Assembly: GCA_964411415.1 (NCBI GenBank)
Contig: CAYPKV010000002.1
Location: 1-44,655, forward strand
DNA: 44,655 nucleotides
Reading direction: 5' to 3'
Source of the DNA: an uncultured bacterium
GTDB taxonomy: Bacteria > Deinococcota > Deinococci > Deinococcales > Trueperaceae
This document shows positions 33,518-42,306 of this stretch, in pieces. Positions within the stretch are counted from its first letter, which is position 1. Each line of letters begins with the position of its first letter. The notes beneath the pieces are model-generated. The model did no database searches and was not told the DNA's origin. It was given only the letters and a program-made list of their open reading frames with translations. A program made the translations under genes and the position numbers.

Positions 33518-35251
33518 ATGAAACACCTTCGAAGTGTGTTCACTGGCATGCTGCTTGCATTCACAGCTGGCAGCGCGCAGGCTCAGACGCATCAGACGGG
33601 GCATGGCGGTGCCGCGGCAACCGTCGATGAACGGGTGACTGCGGCCGCCATCAGCGTCCTCGAACTTGGTGGAAACGCCATAGATGCGACCGTCGCCGCG
33701 GCCGCAGCGCTCGGTGTCACGGAACCGTTCAGCGGCGGAATCGGCGGGGGAGGCTTCATGCTCATCTACCTCGCTGAATCCGGTCAGGTGATCAGCATCG
33801 ACGGCCGCGAAACTGCACCACTGGCTGCGACTCCGGACATGTTCATGGACGGGGATGAAGTCATCCCGTTCAACGAGCGGCGCAGCAGCAGCCTGTCGGT
33901 AGGCGTACCCGGAAGCCTCGCTCAGTGGCAGGTCGCGCTGGACCGCTACGGCACGATGGACCTTGGCACCCTGCTCAGGCCAGCGATCCGGCTCGCCGAA
34001 GACGGCTTCACGGTCGACGAGACGTTTGCCAGCCAGGCCAACAGCAACTTCGACCGTTTCTCGACCTTCCCGGCCGCAGCTGAACTGTACCTGCCTGGCG
34101 GAGCTGCGCCTGAAGTCGGCAGCATCCACCGCAACCCTGACCTGGCTGCCACCTACCGCCTGATAGCGGAACAGGGCATCAACGTCTTCTACCGTGGTGA
34201 GATCGGCGAGGATCTCGTCGCCACTGTCCAGGCACCGCAGACAGTGGCGGAGCCGTCGTATGAAGTCCGCCCGCAGAACATGACGATGCAGGACCTCGAT
34301 CTGTACCACGCTCCGGTCCGGGTCGCCACCCACATGAACTACCGCGGCTACGACATATTCGGCATGGGCTCGCCATCAAGCGGCGGCCTCACAGTGGGCC
34401 TGATCCTCGGCATCCTGGAACAGTTCGACCTCTCAGCCATGAGTGAGGCTGATGCCCTTCACCACATGATCGAAGCGAGCCGCATCGCATACGCAGACCG
34501 CGCCGCGTACATGGGCGACTCAGACTTCGTCAACGTACCGGCCGCCGGTCTGCAGAATCCGGAGTTCGCTGCCAGCCGGGCCACGCTTATCGGGGACGGG
34601 CCCGGCAGCGACGTCACTGCCGGCAACCCCTTCGCTTTCCAGGAAGTCGGCAGCCCGCCACTGTTCGCACCACAGGAAGGTGACGACGAAGGTATCAGCA
34701 CGAGTCACATCACGGTCGCTGACCGGTACGGGAACGTCGTTGCCTACACGATCACCATCGAAGGCACCGGTGGCAGCGGCATGGTGGTACCCGGCCGTGG
34801 CTTCCTGCTGAACAACGAACTCACCGACTTCAACGCCACCCCCGGCACGGCGAACTCAGTCCAGCCGGGCAAACGTCCCCGCTCGAGCATGTCACCGACC
34901 ATCGTCCTTCTGGACGGGGAGCCGTTCATGGCACTGGGCTCGCCCGGTGGTTCCACAATCATCACGACCGTGCTGCAGACGATCATCAACGTAATCGACT
35001 TCGGCATGACGGCAGAGGAGGCAGTCGCAGCGCCACGCATGTCACAGCAGACTGGCAGTGCGACCTCAGCTGAGGAAGGTTTCGCCGAAGACGTCATGGT
35101 CGCGTTGACCGGCCGGGGCCACAGCTTCAACCCGACCAGTGAGATCGGGGCTGCGACGCTGATAATGTTCAACCAGGATGGAACCATGACAGCGGTGGCT
35201 GAACCGGTGCGGCGTGGCAGCGGCTCGGGTCGCGTGGTCGAACCGCGTTAG
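33518..35251 (+). CDS. ggt: Gamma-glutamyltransferase
   Basis: GAGGAG precedes the ATG at 33518. The signal peptide is ...GSAQA|Q. The autoprocessing and catalytic Thr lies in 'EGISTSHITVADRYGNVV'. The sequence also contains 'GSPGGSTIITTVLQ'. Confidence 0.9.
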   Translation: MKHLRSVFTGMLLAFTAGSAQAQTHQTGHGGAAATVDERVTAAAISVLELGGNAIDATVAAAAALGVTEPFSGGIGGGGFMLIYLAESGQVISIDGRETAPLAATPDMFMDGDEVIPFNERRSSSLSVGVPGSLAQWQVALDRYGTMDLGTLLRPAIRLAEDGFTVDETFASQANSNFDRFSTFPAAAELYLPGGAAPEVGSIHRNPDLAATYRLIAEQGINVFYRGEIGEDLVATVQAPQTVAEPSYEVRPQNMTMQDLDLYHAPVRVATHMNYRGYDIFGMGSPSSGGLTVGLILGILEQFDLSAMSEADALHHMIEASRIAYADRAAYMGDSDFVNVPAAGLQNPEFAASRATLIGDGPGSDVTAGNPFAFQEVGSPPLFAPQEGDDEGISTSHITVADRYGNVVAYTITIEGTGGSGMVVPGRGFLLNNELTDFNATPGTANSVQPGKRPRSSMSPTIVLLDGEPFMALGSPGGSTIITTVLQTIINVIDFGMTAEEAVAAPRMSQQTGSATSAEEGFAEDVMVALTGRGHSFNPTSEIGAATLIMFNQDGTMTAVAEPVRRGSGSGRVVEPR

Positions 35252-35281
35252 ACCGCCACCCACCACTTCGCCTGGCAGATC

Positions 35282-35309
35282 GGGCCGCCACGATTACCCG
35301 TGGCGGCCC
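35282..35309 (+). terminator. Hairpin after ggt (GGGCCGCCAC-gattaccc-GTGGCGGCCC)
   Basis: A 10-bp perfect stem lies 31 nt beyond the ggt stop. Confidence 0.55.
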
Positions 35310-35332
35310 CGCTTCATGCGACACTTGATGTC

Positions 35333-36046
35333 ATGAACGTACTCTCAGGCAAGACGGCACTCATAACCGGTGGCACGAAAGGCATCGGCCTGGGCATCGC
35401 TGAAGCCCTGGTCGGCGCAGGCATGAACGTCACCGTCACCGCACGGGACGGCGCGGCAGCAGAAGCCGTTGCGCAGCAACTGACCGGCCGTGGGCCCGGC
35501 AAGGCACTCGGACTGCGCTGCGACGTCCGTGACTTTGCCGAACAGACGGCGGTGGTCGGGCGGACAGTAGAAGAGTGCGGCCAGCTGGACGTCGCCATTG
35601 CCAACGCCGGCGTCGGCGGCTTCTCCGCCATCGACGAGATGAGCCTGGAAACATGGCACAGCATCATCGACACGAACCTGACCGGTGCGTTCTACACGAC
35701 CCGCGCCGCTGTCGAACAGCTGAAACTGAACAGGGGTTACCTGATCACCATCGCCTCACTGGCCGGCACCAACTTCTTCGAGAAAGGCAGCGCCTACAAC
35801 GCCAGCAAGTTCGGTCTCGTCGGCTTCACCCAGGCTGTCATGCTTGACCTGCGCAAGTACGGTGTGAAAACCACGACGATAATGCCCGGCTCGGTCGCAA
35901 CACACTTCAACGACAACGAACCCTCAGAAAGAGATGCCTGGAAGATCCAGCCTGAAGACGTGGGCGAGATGGTCCTGTACCTGCTCCGTGCACCGGAACG
36001 CACCCTGCCCTCCAAGATCGAAGTAAGGCCGACGCTGCCGGGCTGA
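35333..36046 (+). CDS. Short-chain dehydrogenase/reductase (SDR)
   Basis: The cofactor-binding motif is 'TGGTKGIGLGIA', the NNAG-type motif is 'IANAGV', and the catalytic motif is 'YNASK'. Confidence 0.85.
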   Translation: MNVLSGKTALITGGTKGIGLGIAEALVGAGMNVTVTARDGAAAEAVAQQLTGRGPGKALGLRCDVRDFAEQTAVVGRTVEECGQLDVAIANAGVGGFSAIDEMSLETWHSIIDTNLTGAFYTTRAAVEQLKLNRGYLITIASLAGTNFFEKGSAYNASKFGLVGFTQAVMLDLRKYGVKTTTIMPGSVATHFNDNEPSERDAWKIQPEDVGEMVLYLLRAPERTLPSKIEVRPTLPG

Positions 36047-36089
36047 CGATCCGGGCAGTACAGGTGTGACCAGGGTCTGGCCGGACGGT

Positions 36090-36118
36090 TTGACAATCGA
36101 CCAGCCAGGCCCTAAAGT
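36090..36118 (+). promoter_or_regulatory. Sigma70-type promoter TTGACA-17 nt-TAAAGT
   Basis: The -35 box is a consensus match at 36090..36095, the spacer is exactly 17 nt, and the -10 box is at 36113..36118. This is the best promoter match I found in the window. Confidence 0.6.
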
Positions 36119-36151
36119 ACTTTCAGCTTACTCAGGAAGGTGGTGTTGGCC

Positions 36152-36208
36152 ATGAAAACTGACCTTGTGAACTGCATCCGCGCCGACGCCACCAGCAAGA
36201 CCGTCTGA
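36152..36208 (+). CDS. 18-codon upstream ORF (MKTDLVNCIRADATSKTV) in the leader of the RIO kinase gene
   Basis: The SD GGAAGGTGG lies 8 nt upstream of the ATG. The ORF starts about 30 nt downstream of the promoter at 36090..36118 and ends 68 nt before the RIO start. It has no family resemblance that I can name. Confidence 0.35.
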   Translation: MKTDLVNCIRADATSKTV

Positions 36209-36276
36209 GCAACTGACTGCGGTCCCGGCGTCGCACGACAATCCGTTACTTACAACCGTATGGATGGAGGGTTCGC

Positions 36277-37137
36277 TTGAAGCGAATCACGAACGACGAC
36301 GTCGCGACCGAAGAACGTTTCGGCCGCAGGGCCGACCGGCGCAAACCCAGGCGCAGGACGAAACGGGAAGACCTTTATGTCGACCCGGACGCAGCAACCA
36401 GTTCAGCCGACCGGTTCACTGACCCGGAGCTCCAGTCTCTGTTCGAGCAGGGCCGGTTCACGGACCTGCTCAGCGAACTCAAAAGTGGCAAAGAAGCAAC
36501 CGTCTACCTGGTGGAAGGCCCCAGCGGTCTGATGGCGGCCAAGATATACGCTGACCTCGAAGTGCGCTCGTTCAAAAACGACAGCAGTTACCGGGAAGGC
36601 CGCTTCATCGCCGATGAACGCGCCGCGCGGGCCATCCGCAGCCGCACCCGCTTCGGCCTGGAAGCCCAGCAGCATTCATGGGTCGTAAGTGAGTACCTGC
36701 AACTGTGGGAACTGTGGCGGGCCGGCCTGCCGGTGCCCAGGCCGATGATCGGGCCGGAGATGTTCGACATCAACCGTGCCGGCCGCGTGGTGCTGATGGA
36801 GCTGATCGGTGACCGTGACGCACCCGCGCCCCGGCTGAGCGACATGCGGCTCCAACCGGAGCAGGCGCAGGCTGCCTTCGCGCAAAGCGTAGCCATAGCT
36901 GAGCGCCTCAGCGCCATGGGCCGTGCACACGGCGACCTCAGCACCTTCAACCTGCTGTGGTGGCAGGAGCGTGTTGTCCTCATCGACCTGCCTCAGGTCG
37001 TGATGGCAGGGGAGAACCCTAACTACGCTGAGTTCGTGCGCAGGGACGTTGAGTCACTCTGCAAATCGTTCCGGAAGCTTGGCGTGGAGGCAGATCCTGC
37101 GCGGATCCTGAACCGGGTACGGGCAGCGGCACGCTGA
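36277..37137 (+). CDS. RIO-type serine protein kinase/ATPase
   Basis: GGATGGAGGG precedes the TTG at 36277. The sequence contains 'LKSGKEATVYLV', the catalytic loop 'HGDLSTFNLLW' and the metal-binding motif 'LIDLPQ'. Confidence 0.8.
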   Translation: MKRITNDDVATEERFGRRADRRKPRRRTKREDLYVDPDAATSSADRFTDPELQSLFEQGRFTDLLSELKSGKEATVYLVEGPSGLMAAKIYADLEVRSFKNDSSYREGRFIADERAARAIRSRTRFGLEAQQHSWVVSEYLQLWELWRAGLPVPRPMIGPEMFDINRAGRVVLMELIGDRDAPAPRLSDMRLQPEQAQAAFAQSVAIAERLSAMGRAHGDLSTFNLLWWQERVVLIDLPQVVMAGENPNYAEFVRRDVESLCKSFRKLGVEADPARILNRVRAAAR

Positions 37138-37148
37138 GCAACTGAATC

Positions 37149-37186
37149 GCCAGGGGGGTGGCCATAACGTTATGGCCACCCCCCTG
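37149..37186. terminator. 38-nt perfect palindrome between convergent genes (CCAGGGGGGTGGCCATAACGTTATGGCCACCCCCCTGG)
   Basis: It forms a roughly 17-bp stem with a 4-nt loop. It lies 12 nt after the RIO stop and 35 nt after the aminopeptidase stop. It has no U-tract. Confidence 0.7.
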
Positions 37187-37220
37187 GCGAACGTAATTCA
37201 GCCGGCCTATGTACTTCCCC

Positions 37221-38456
37221 TCAGAACGCCCAGTCGCCGCCGCGCATGACCGGCTCGAGGCTGCCGTCAGGCAGTTCACCGTCGACGTCCAGTTCGGCAG
37301 ATCCGAACATGAAGTCAACGTGCACGAGGCTGTGGTTGAAACCATCAGCCTGCAGCTCCTCCAGGGGGCGCTTCGTGCCATCACGCAGCGTGGTCTCGTA
37401 CGCCCGCCCCAACGCCACGTGGCAGGCTGCGTTCTCGTCGAACAGCGTGTTGAAGAAGAGCAGGCCGCTCTGGCTGATCGGGCTCTTATGCGGGACCAGG
37501 GCGATCTCACCAAGGCGGCGCGCGCCTTCGTCCATGTCCAGCAGCTGCTGCAGCACTTCGTTGCCGACCTCTGCGTGCGCTTCGACCACGGCGCCATCCC
37601 TGAAAGTCAGCTGGAACCGGTCGATCAGCTGACCCTGATAGGACAGAGGTTTGCTCGATGAGATGACACCGTCCACACGCTGTGAATGCGGCGCGGTGAA
37701 CACTTCTTCAGTCGGCATGTTCGCCACGAAGAACTGGCCCGACAGCTCACTGTTCATGCCACCGGATTCCCACATGTGGTTGTCCGCGAGACCGAGACGC
37801 AGGTCTGTTCCGGGAGCGCGCAGGCGCAGTGCAGAGTAACCGCGCGACTGCAGGTGATCACGTGCGCGGCTGAGTGAATCCAGGTGCACCTGCCATGCTG
37901 CCAGCGGATCTTCCTGATCAGCACGGATGGCAGCGAACACGGCGTCCCACAGCTTCGCAACAGCTTCAGCTTCCGGCAGGTCCGGGAACACCTTCTTCGC
38001 CCAGGCCGGCACCGCGTAAGCGATGATCGTCCAGGGCATATGGGAGCGTTGGATGAGCCGGCCGGTCTCCTGGCCAGCCTGACGTTCCGCGCGTGAGATG
38101 CGCGAAACTCTCGCCGGGTCAGCTGCAGACATCAACGCAGGGTCAGACCCGGCGATCCGCATGAGTGCGTCGCCGCGCTCCATGCTCAGCCGCATCATCT
38201 CGATGCGTTCGCTGTCCACGGTGTCAAGCGTGTCCTCGGCAGCATGCAGCGCCCGGATCAGGTCCTGATGGGCATCGATGTATGACACCCGAACATAAGG
38301 GGCGCCGAGTTCGTATGCCTGCTTCGCGATCTCCCGCATCAGGTCGGCGGCTTCAAGTGGACCCTGCAGGATCAGCCTCTGGCCTTCCTGCAGGTTGACA
38401 CCGACCTTCAGGGCCAGCGTCGCCAGGTTCTTCAGCTTCTGTTCGAACGTAAGCAC
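37221..38456 (-). CDS. M29-family aminopeptidase (AmpT/AmpS/PepS-like)
   Basis: The sequence is colinear with Thermus aminopeptidase T. Matching segments include 'KLKNLATLALKVGVNLQEGQ', 'PTEEVFTAPH', 'DEGARRLGEIALVP', 'FFNTLFDENAACHVALG' and 'SLVHVDFM'. Confidence 0.9.
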   Translation of the reverse strand: MLTFEQKLKNLATLALKVGVNLQEGQRLILQGPLEAADLMREIAKQAYELGAPYVRVSYIDAHQDLIRALHAAEDTLDTVDSERIEMMRLSMERGDALMRIAGSDPALMSAADPARVSRISRAERQAGQETGRLIQRSHMPWTIIAYAVPAWAKKVFPDLPEAEAVAKLWDAVFAAIRADQEDPLAAWQVHLDSLSRARDHLQSRGYSALRLRAPGTDLRLGLADNHMWESGGMNSELSGQFFVANMPTEEVFTAPHSQRVDGVISSSKPLSYQGQLIDRFQLTFRDGAVVEAHAEVGNEVLQQLLDMDEGARRLGEIALVPHKSPISQSGLLFFNTLFDENAACHVALGRAYETTLRDGTKRPLEELQADGFNHSLVHVDFMFGSAELDVDGELPDGSLEPVMRGGDWAF

Positions 38457-38511
38457 GGCTATGAGGATACGCCTTCAGACCGCTCCGTGTCGTTCACTGT
38501 CGGTCCAGCAG

Positions 38512-38550
38512 GCAGGGTGCCGCAAGAAGTCCGTTCTTGCGGCACCCTGC
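38512..38550 (-). terminator. Hairpin after the tsdA-like gene (17-bp stem GCAGGGTGCCGCAAGAA/TTCTTGCGGCACCCTGC, 5-nt loop)
   Basis: A perfect inverted repeat lies 10 nt beyond the stop at 38560. Confidence 0.65.
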
Positions 38551-38559
38551 GAAGGAGGC

Positions 38560-39537
38560 TCAGTCAGCGAGCGGTTCGAACCGGAGTGACTCCGGTCGCA
38601 GGAACGGCTTCGCCCCGGTGTTGTCATGGTCGCCGAGAACCTGGCCGTTCACTTCAGTTCCGTACAGGGTGTTGCTGTGGAAGTTCGCGTGCCGTTCGCG
38701 GGTCTCATGGACATCGCCAGTGTAGCGCGGGTCCTGGGGCCGTTCATGGCTGTTGATGAACTGTGCCACGTCCCAGGCTTCCTGTTCCGACAGCAGGCCA
38801 GGCTGGCCAAGCGGCATGTTCCGGTACACGAAGGCCGCTAGCGTCGGGATGCGGCTCATGCCCGCACCCCAGTTGTACGAACCGTCACCCCACACGGGTG
38901 GGAACACGGTCTCACCGGCAACCTGCAGACCCTGACCGTCCGCCCCGTGGCATATGGCACAACTGGCTTCGTAAACGATCGCTCCACGGTCGAAGTCCGG
39001 CTCCTGGACTGCTGGTGACATCGCACCGTAGCCCCGACCGTATATGTCACCTTCACCGAACGGCGCGCCCTGCGCCATCCAGGTGTGGTACGCCACGATG
39101 GCGGTCATGTCATCGGAACCTGGTTCCGGGGCAACACCGTTCATCGAGTAGGCGAAACAGTCAGAGATGCGCTCTTCCAGTGTGTTGATACGCCAGTTCT
39201 TGCCACGGTAATCCGGGTAGGTCGTGGCGACCGGCCAGACGGGAGCACTGAACGGCATCATGCCTTCTGCCAGGTGGCAGCTTGCACAGGTCATGTCGCT
39301 GTAGGTGTAGATCCCCTTGTAATCCTGGGTGTTGTTGAAGATGTCCCAGCCCCTGAGGATGGCCTCACCCAGCGGGCCTTCTGGCAGGTCCTCGAGCGCC
39401 GGTGGCTCGTGAATGTACTGGCCGGCCACCGGGGCGGGGAAGGTGCGTTCGAAAGGCAGGTCAGCATCCTGGGCGAACACGCTCAGCAGGGCACTGGCCA
39501 GCATCGTCAGCACCGTGACGATCATCAGTCTGCGCAT
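38560..39537 (-). CDS. tsdA: Dihaem cytochrome c, TsdA-like (thiosulfate dehydrogenase family)
   Basis: The ATG at 39537 overlaps the upstream stop (TGATG). The signal peptide is ...LLSVFA|Q. There are two CxxCH motifs (CASCH and CAICH). The Cys-containing segment 'ERISDCFAYSMNG' lies at the position of the TsdA/SoxA Cys haem ligand. Confidence 0.6.
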   Translation of the reverse strand: MRRLMIVTVLTMLASALLSVFAQDADLPFERTFPAPVAGQYIHEPPALEDLPEGPLGEAILRGWDIFNNTQDYKGIYTYSDMTCASCHLAEGMMPFSAPVWPVATTYPDYRGKNWRINTLEERISDCFAYSMNGVAPEPGSDDMTAIVAYHTWMAQGAPFGEGDIYGRGYGAMSPAVQEPDFDRGAIVYEASCAICHGADGQGLQVAGETVFPPVWGDGSYNWGAGMSRIPTLAAFVYRNMPLGQPGLLSEQEAWDVAQFINSHERPQDPRYTGDVHETRERHANFHSNTLYGTEVNGQVLGDHDNTGAKPFLRPESLRFEPLAD

Positions 39538-40211
39538 CAGTTGCCTCCGTCCACGGTCTGTGCCGGAACCGGATTCAGGCTCGCGTACCAGGCGGCTGCG
39601 GCAGCGATGTCCTCGTCGCTCAGCCGCACAGCTACGTTCTCCATCATCCCCAGCGGGTCGTTGCTTCGCTGACCGTCCTGCCAGTAGTTGAACTGCTGGA
39701 TTATGTAGCCGGCCATCTGGCCCGCAAGGGGCGGAAAGTCCGGACCGGCGCCCCGGCCACCCGGACCGTGACAGCTCTGGCATGAAGGGACGTAGCGACT
39801 CCAGTTGCCACGTTCGGCGATCAGCTGGCCCCGTGCGAGTTCAGCTTCGTCTGCCGGCACGACAGCTGGTGCTGCCGGCGTGTCCAGGCCCGCGTAGTAC
39901 TCAGCGACCGCCGTGATCTCTGCTTCGTCGAGTGCGAGCGCGTTGGTCAGCATGACAGGGTCGCTGCGGGTGCCTTCGCGGAAAGCCTGCAGCTGGGCGC
40001 TTATGTAAGCGCTGTCGAGTCCTGCGATTCGGGGAAAAGTGGTACCGGGCATGCCCGCGCCGCCGGCGCCGTGACATGAACTGCAGGCACCCGCGCCACG
40101 GCCGTTGCCCTGCAGCGAGATCTGTTCGCCAGTCAGAGCCTCCTGTGCGAGTGTCAGGCCTGACAGCATCAGCAGCAGGCTGAGTGCCAGGCCGAATCTG
40201 ATGCGCTTCAT
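39537..40211 (-). CDS. tsdB: Dihaem cytochrome c4-type protein, TsdB-like
   Basis: The ATG at 40211 gives MKRIRFGLALSLLLMLSGLTLA|Q. There are two CxxCH motifs (CSSCHGAGG and CQSCHGPGG), each followed by a Met-containing segment. Confidence 0.6.
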   Translation of the reverse strand: MKRIRFGLALSLLLMLSGLTLAQEALTGEQISLQGNGRGAGACSSCHGAGGAGMPGTTFPRIAGLDSAYISAQLQAFREGTRSDPVMLTNALALDEAEITAVAEYYAGLDTPAAPAVVPADEAELARGQLIAERGNWSRYVPSCQSCHGPGGRGAGPDFPPLAGQMAGYIIQQFNYWQDGQRSNDPLGMMENVAVRLSDEDIAAAAAWYASLNPVPAQTVDGGN

Positions 40212-40438
40212 GCGTCTCAACTCCAATCCATTGCCCTGGGTCAACAGGGTCCGGGGACTGTGTTCAGGCTAACTGCCACTGTCACGAAAGTGTAGGGACA
40301 AAGGTCTGCAAATGCAGGTATGCATGAGCGGGTCTGTACGCAGCGGCGTTTCTGCAGCCGGGAGCCTTTTCACCTCTGGCTTCCTGTACTACGATCGCTC
40401 ACACCTGATGGCAGCCGGTGAACCAGAGGAGGCGCACC

Positions 40439-40957
40439 ATGGCACAGTCCAGCATGACGTCGCATATCGAGAACGGCCGGACACTCGTCCTGGAACGCGT
40501 GTTCGCGGCACCAGCAGACAGAACTTTCCGAATGTTCGCTGTGCCTGAACTGCTGGCCCGCTGGTGGGGTCCGCGTGGCTTCGAGCTGACCCACAACGAC
40601 CTGGATTTCACCCCCGGTGGCACCTGGCATTACTGCATGACTGGCGTGGCCGACTCGCTCGGTGAGTACAAGGGTGTCGAATCGTGGGGCAAGGCAGTTT
40701 TCACAGCGATCGACGCTCCGCGCAGCTTCGCCTATACAGACTGGTTCAGCGACGCTGCCGGCAACAGCAACGAGGAGATGCCAGTCACCCAGGTGCACAT
40801 GGAGTTCATCGACCTCGGCTCAAAGACCCGTCTCGTCAGCCGCTCCGAGTACGCGGATGCCGCAGCTCTGGAGCAGGTGCTGCAGATGGGCATGCTGCAG
40901 GGCATTACCGAGACGTGGGACCGGCTGGAGGAGGAGCTGGCAGCGACATATTACTAG
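40439..40957 (+). CDS. SRPBCC-superfamily protein (Aha1/AHSA1 domain)
   Basis: GAGGAGG precedes the ATG at 40439. The sequence contains 'RVFAAPADRTFRMFAVPELLARWWGPRGF'. Confidence 0.8.
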   Translation: MAQSSMTSHIENGRTLVLERVFAAPADRTFRMFAVPELLARWWGPRGFELTHNDLDFTPGGTWHYCMTGVADSLGEYKGVESWGKAVFTAIDAPRSFAYTDWFSDAAGNSNEEMPVTQVHMEFIDLGSKTRLVSRSEYADAAALEQVLQMGMLQGITETWDRLEEELAATYY

Positions 40958-41550
40958 CGTGGAGCGGCGAACACCTGGGTCCAGTACTGCCTGCCGTCAG
41001 CCGCCGTGGCACTGGCCAGCCCCATATGGACGAAGCTGGGATTCATGACGTTTCTGCAGTGGCCGTCGCTGTTGAACCAACGGTGGATGGCCTGTTCAGA
41101 GGAAGACGGACCCATCGCGATGTTTTCGCCCACGGTGCTCGGGCTATAACCCTGTGCGGCAACGCGGTGGCCTGGATTGGTGCCGTCAGTCCAGAAGTGA
41201 CTGAAGTGTTTATTGATAGCCATGTAATCACTGTGTGCCTGCGCGGCCGCATTCAGACGGGTATCAATGGTCAGCGACGGTGCGGCCGGGTGCCAAGTGG
41301 GGCCGCAGTACCTGGGTTCGGCCCGGAACGAGTTAACAAGGGCGAGCGCAGCTGAAAGCGGACCGCCGTCATCACCGGTGTCTCCATCGCCTGGCCCGCC
41401 ATCACCAGGTTCACCGTGAATCGGGCCGTCATCAACGGGTCCTCCGTCGCCAGGGTCCGCTCCGCCGGGAGCGCCGACTCCGCAGGCCGCCAGCAGTACG
41501 GCGATCAGGGCGATACTCAACATGCGGGTGATGGCGTGGGCATTTGTCAT
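40954..41550 (-). CDS. CAP/SCP/PR-1 domain lipoprotein (YkwD-like) with a G/D/P-rich linker
   Basis: The lipobox is LLAA|C. The linker reads GGADPGDGGPVDDGPIHGEPGDGGPGDGDTGDDGG. The CAP motifs are 'AAQAHSDYMA', 'GENIAMG' and 'WFNSDGHCRNVMNPSFVHMG'. Confidence 0.8.
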   Translation of the reverse strand: MTNAHAITRMLSIALIAVLLAACGVGAPGGADPGDGGPVDDGPIHGEPGDGGPGDGDTGDDGGPLSAALALVNSFRAEPRYCGPTWHPAAPSLTIDTRLNAAAQAHSDYMAINKHFSHFWTDGTNPGHRVAAQGYSPSTVGENIAMGPSSSEQAIHRWFNSDGHCRNVMNPSFVHMGLASATAADGRQYWTQVFAAPR

Positions 41551-41619
41551 TGCGCCGAATATACAGCCGTCATCCTCTCCACGGGGCCCGGCGTGGACAT
41601 AGCGGTCCCAGGCGGTGGC

Positions 41620-42243
41620 TTACTCCTCAGGCGCCGCTACGAGTGCGACGTGTGCCAGAAAGCTTTTCTGGGCATCCCCGGCTTGTTCCGACATGTAACG
41701 CTGCAGCAGTTCCTCCAGTTCCGTCCGCAGAGACTGCGCCTGGCTGGCTGACAGCTCGAGGCGGGCCCAGGCGTTGAGCAGCGGCAGATCCGCCGGCAGT
41801 GCTGAGCTTGGAACGATGTGGAAAGCCGGCTGCCCGTTCTGGCGCAGCAGCTGCACCTGCCAGCCTGCCGAGTAATGCCGGCCGGCCGCGGCTATGGCAC
41901 GGAGGAACGAACGCCAGACCGGCTGAAAGTACAGCTCCAGAGTCTCCAGGTCATCTGTAGGCAGCAGCTCGAGGGGGAAGCTGAACTGCGGGGCGACCGA
42001 GGACCATACGGCTGTTCTGCTCCGGCCCCGCAGCTCAGAACGTACCTGATGGATCAGGCCCAGCGCCTGAAGCTTTGCAGTCCAGTACGACATGCGCTGC
42101 GGACTTACCCCCAACTGACCAGCCGCCTCGGCCACCGTCACCTCCCGGTCCAGGAACGGGTCCAGGTAACGGCCACGTGCACGGTCGCTCAGCAGCCGGG
42201 CAGCCGCGGGATCGGTGATGATGCTGCTGTCTGACCCAGCCAC
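41620..42243 (-). CDS. Winged-helix (ArsR-like) transcriptional regulator with a C-terminal extension
   Basis: The HTH segment reads 'VTVAEAAGQLGVSPQRMSYWTAKLQALGLI'. The start is the GTG at 42243, downstream of AGGATAG. Confidence 0.55.
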   Translation of the reverse strand: MAGSDSSIITDPAAARLLSDRARGRYLDPFLDREVTVAEAAGQLGVSPQRMSYWTAKLQALGLIHQVRSELRGRSRTAVWSSVAPQFSFPLELLPTDDLETLELYFQPVWRSFLRAIAAAGRHYSAGWQVQLLRQNGQPAFHIVPSSALPADLPLLNAWARLELSASQAQSLRTELEELLQRYMSEQAGDAQKSFLAHVALVAAPEE

Positions 42244-42306
42244 GATTCAGCTATCCTACTGTGATTTGAAGAGTCATCCGGCTAGTCTCGCCAGCGGGGG
42301 TAGTAC

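Noticed and set aside
33320-34333. 337-aa minus-strand ORF
   Set aside because: It lies fully antisense to ggt, which has unmistakable motifs. The ORF shows no recognisable motifs, has shadow-frame Arg/Ala-rich composition, and its start runs into the neighbouring DUF1648-like gene.
38566-38600. 'gcggttcgaaccggagtgactccgg', which superficially resembles a tRNA T-arm (GGTTCGAA)
   Set aside because: It lies inside the 3' end of the tsdA-like coding frame. No acceptor, D or anticodon stems can be drawn around it.
40954-40957. Convergent genes sharing a CTAG (TAG stop on both strands), and the similar 4-nt overlap at 7176..7179
   Set aside because: This is a trivial consequence of tight packing of convergent genes, with no evidence of function.
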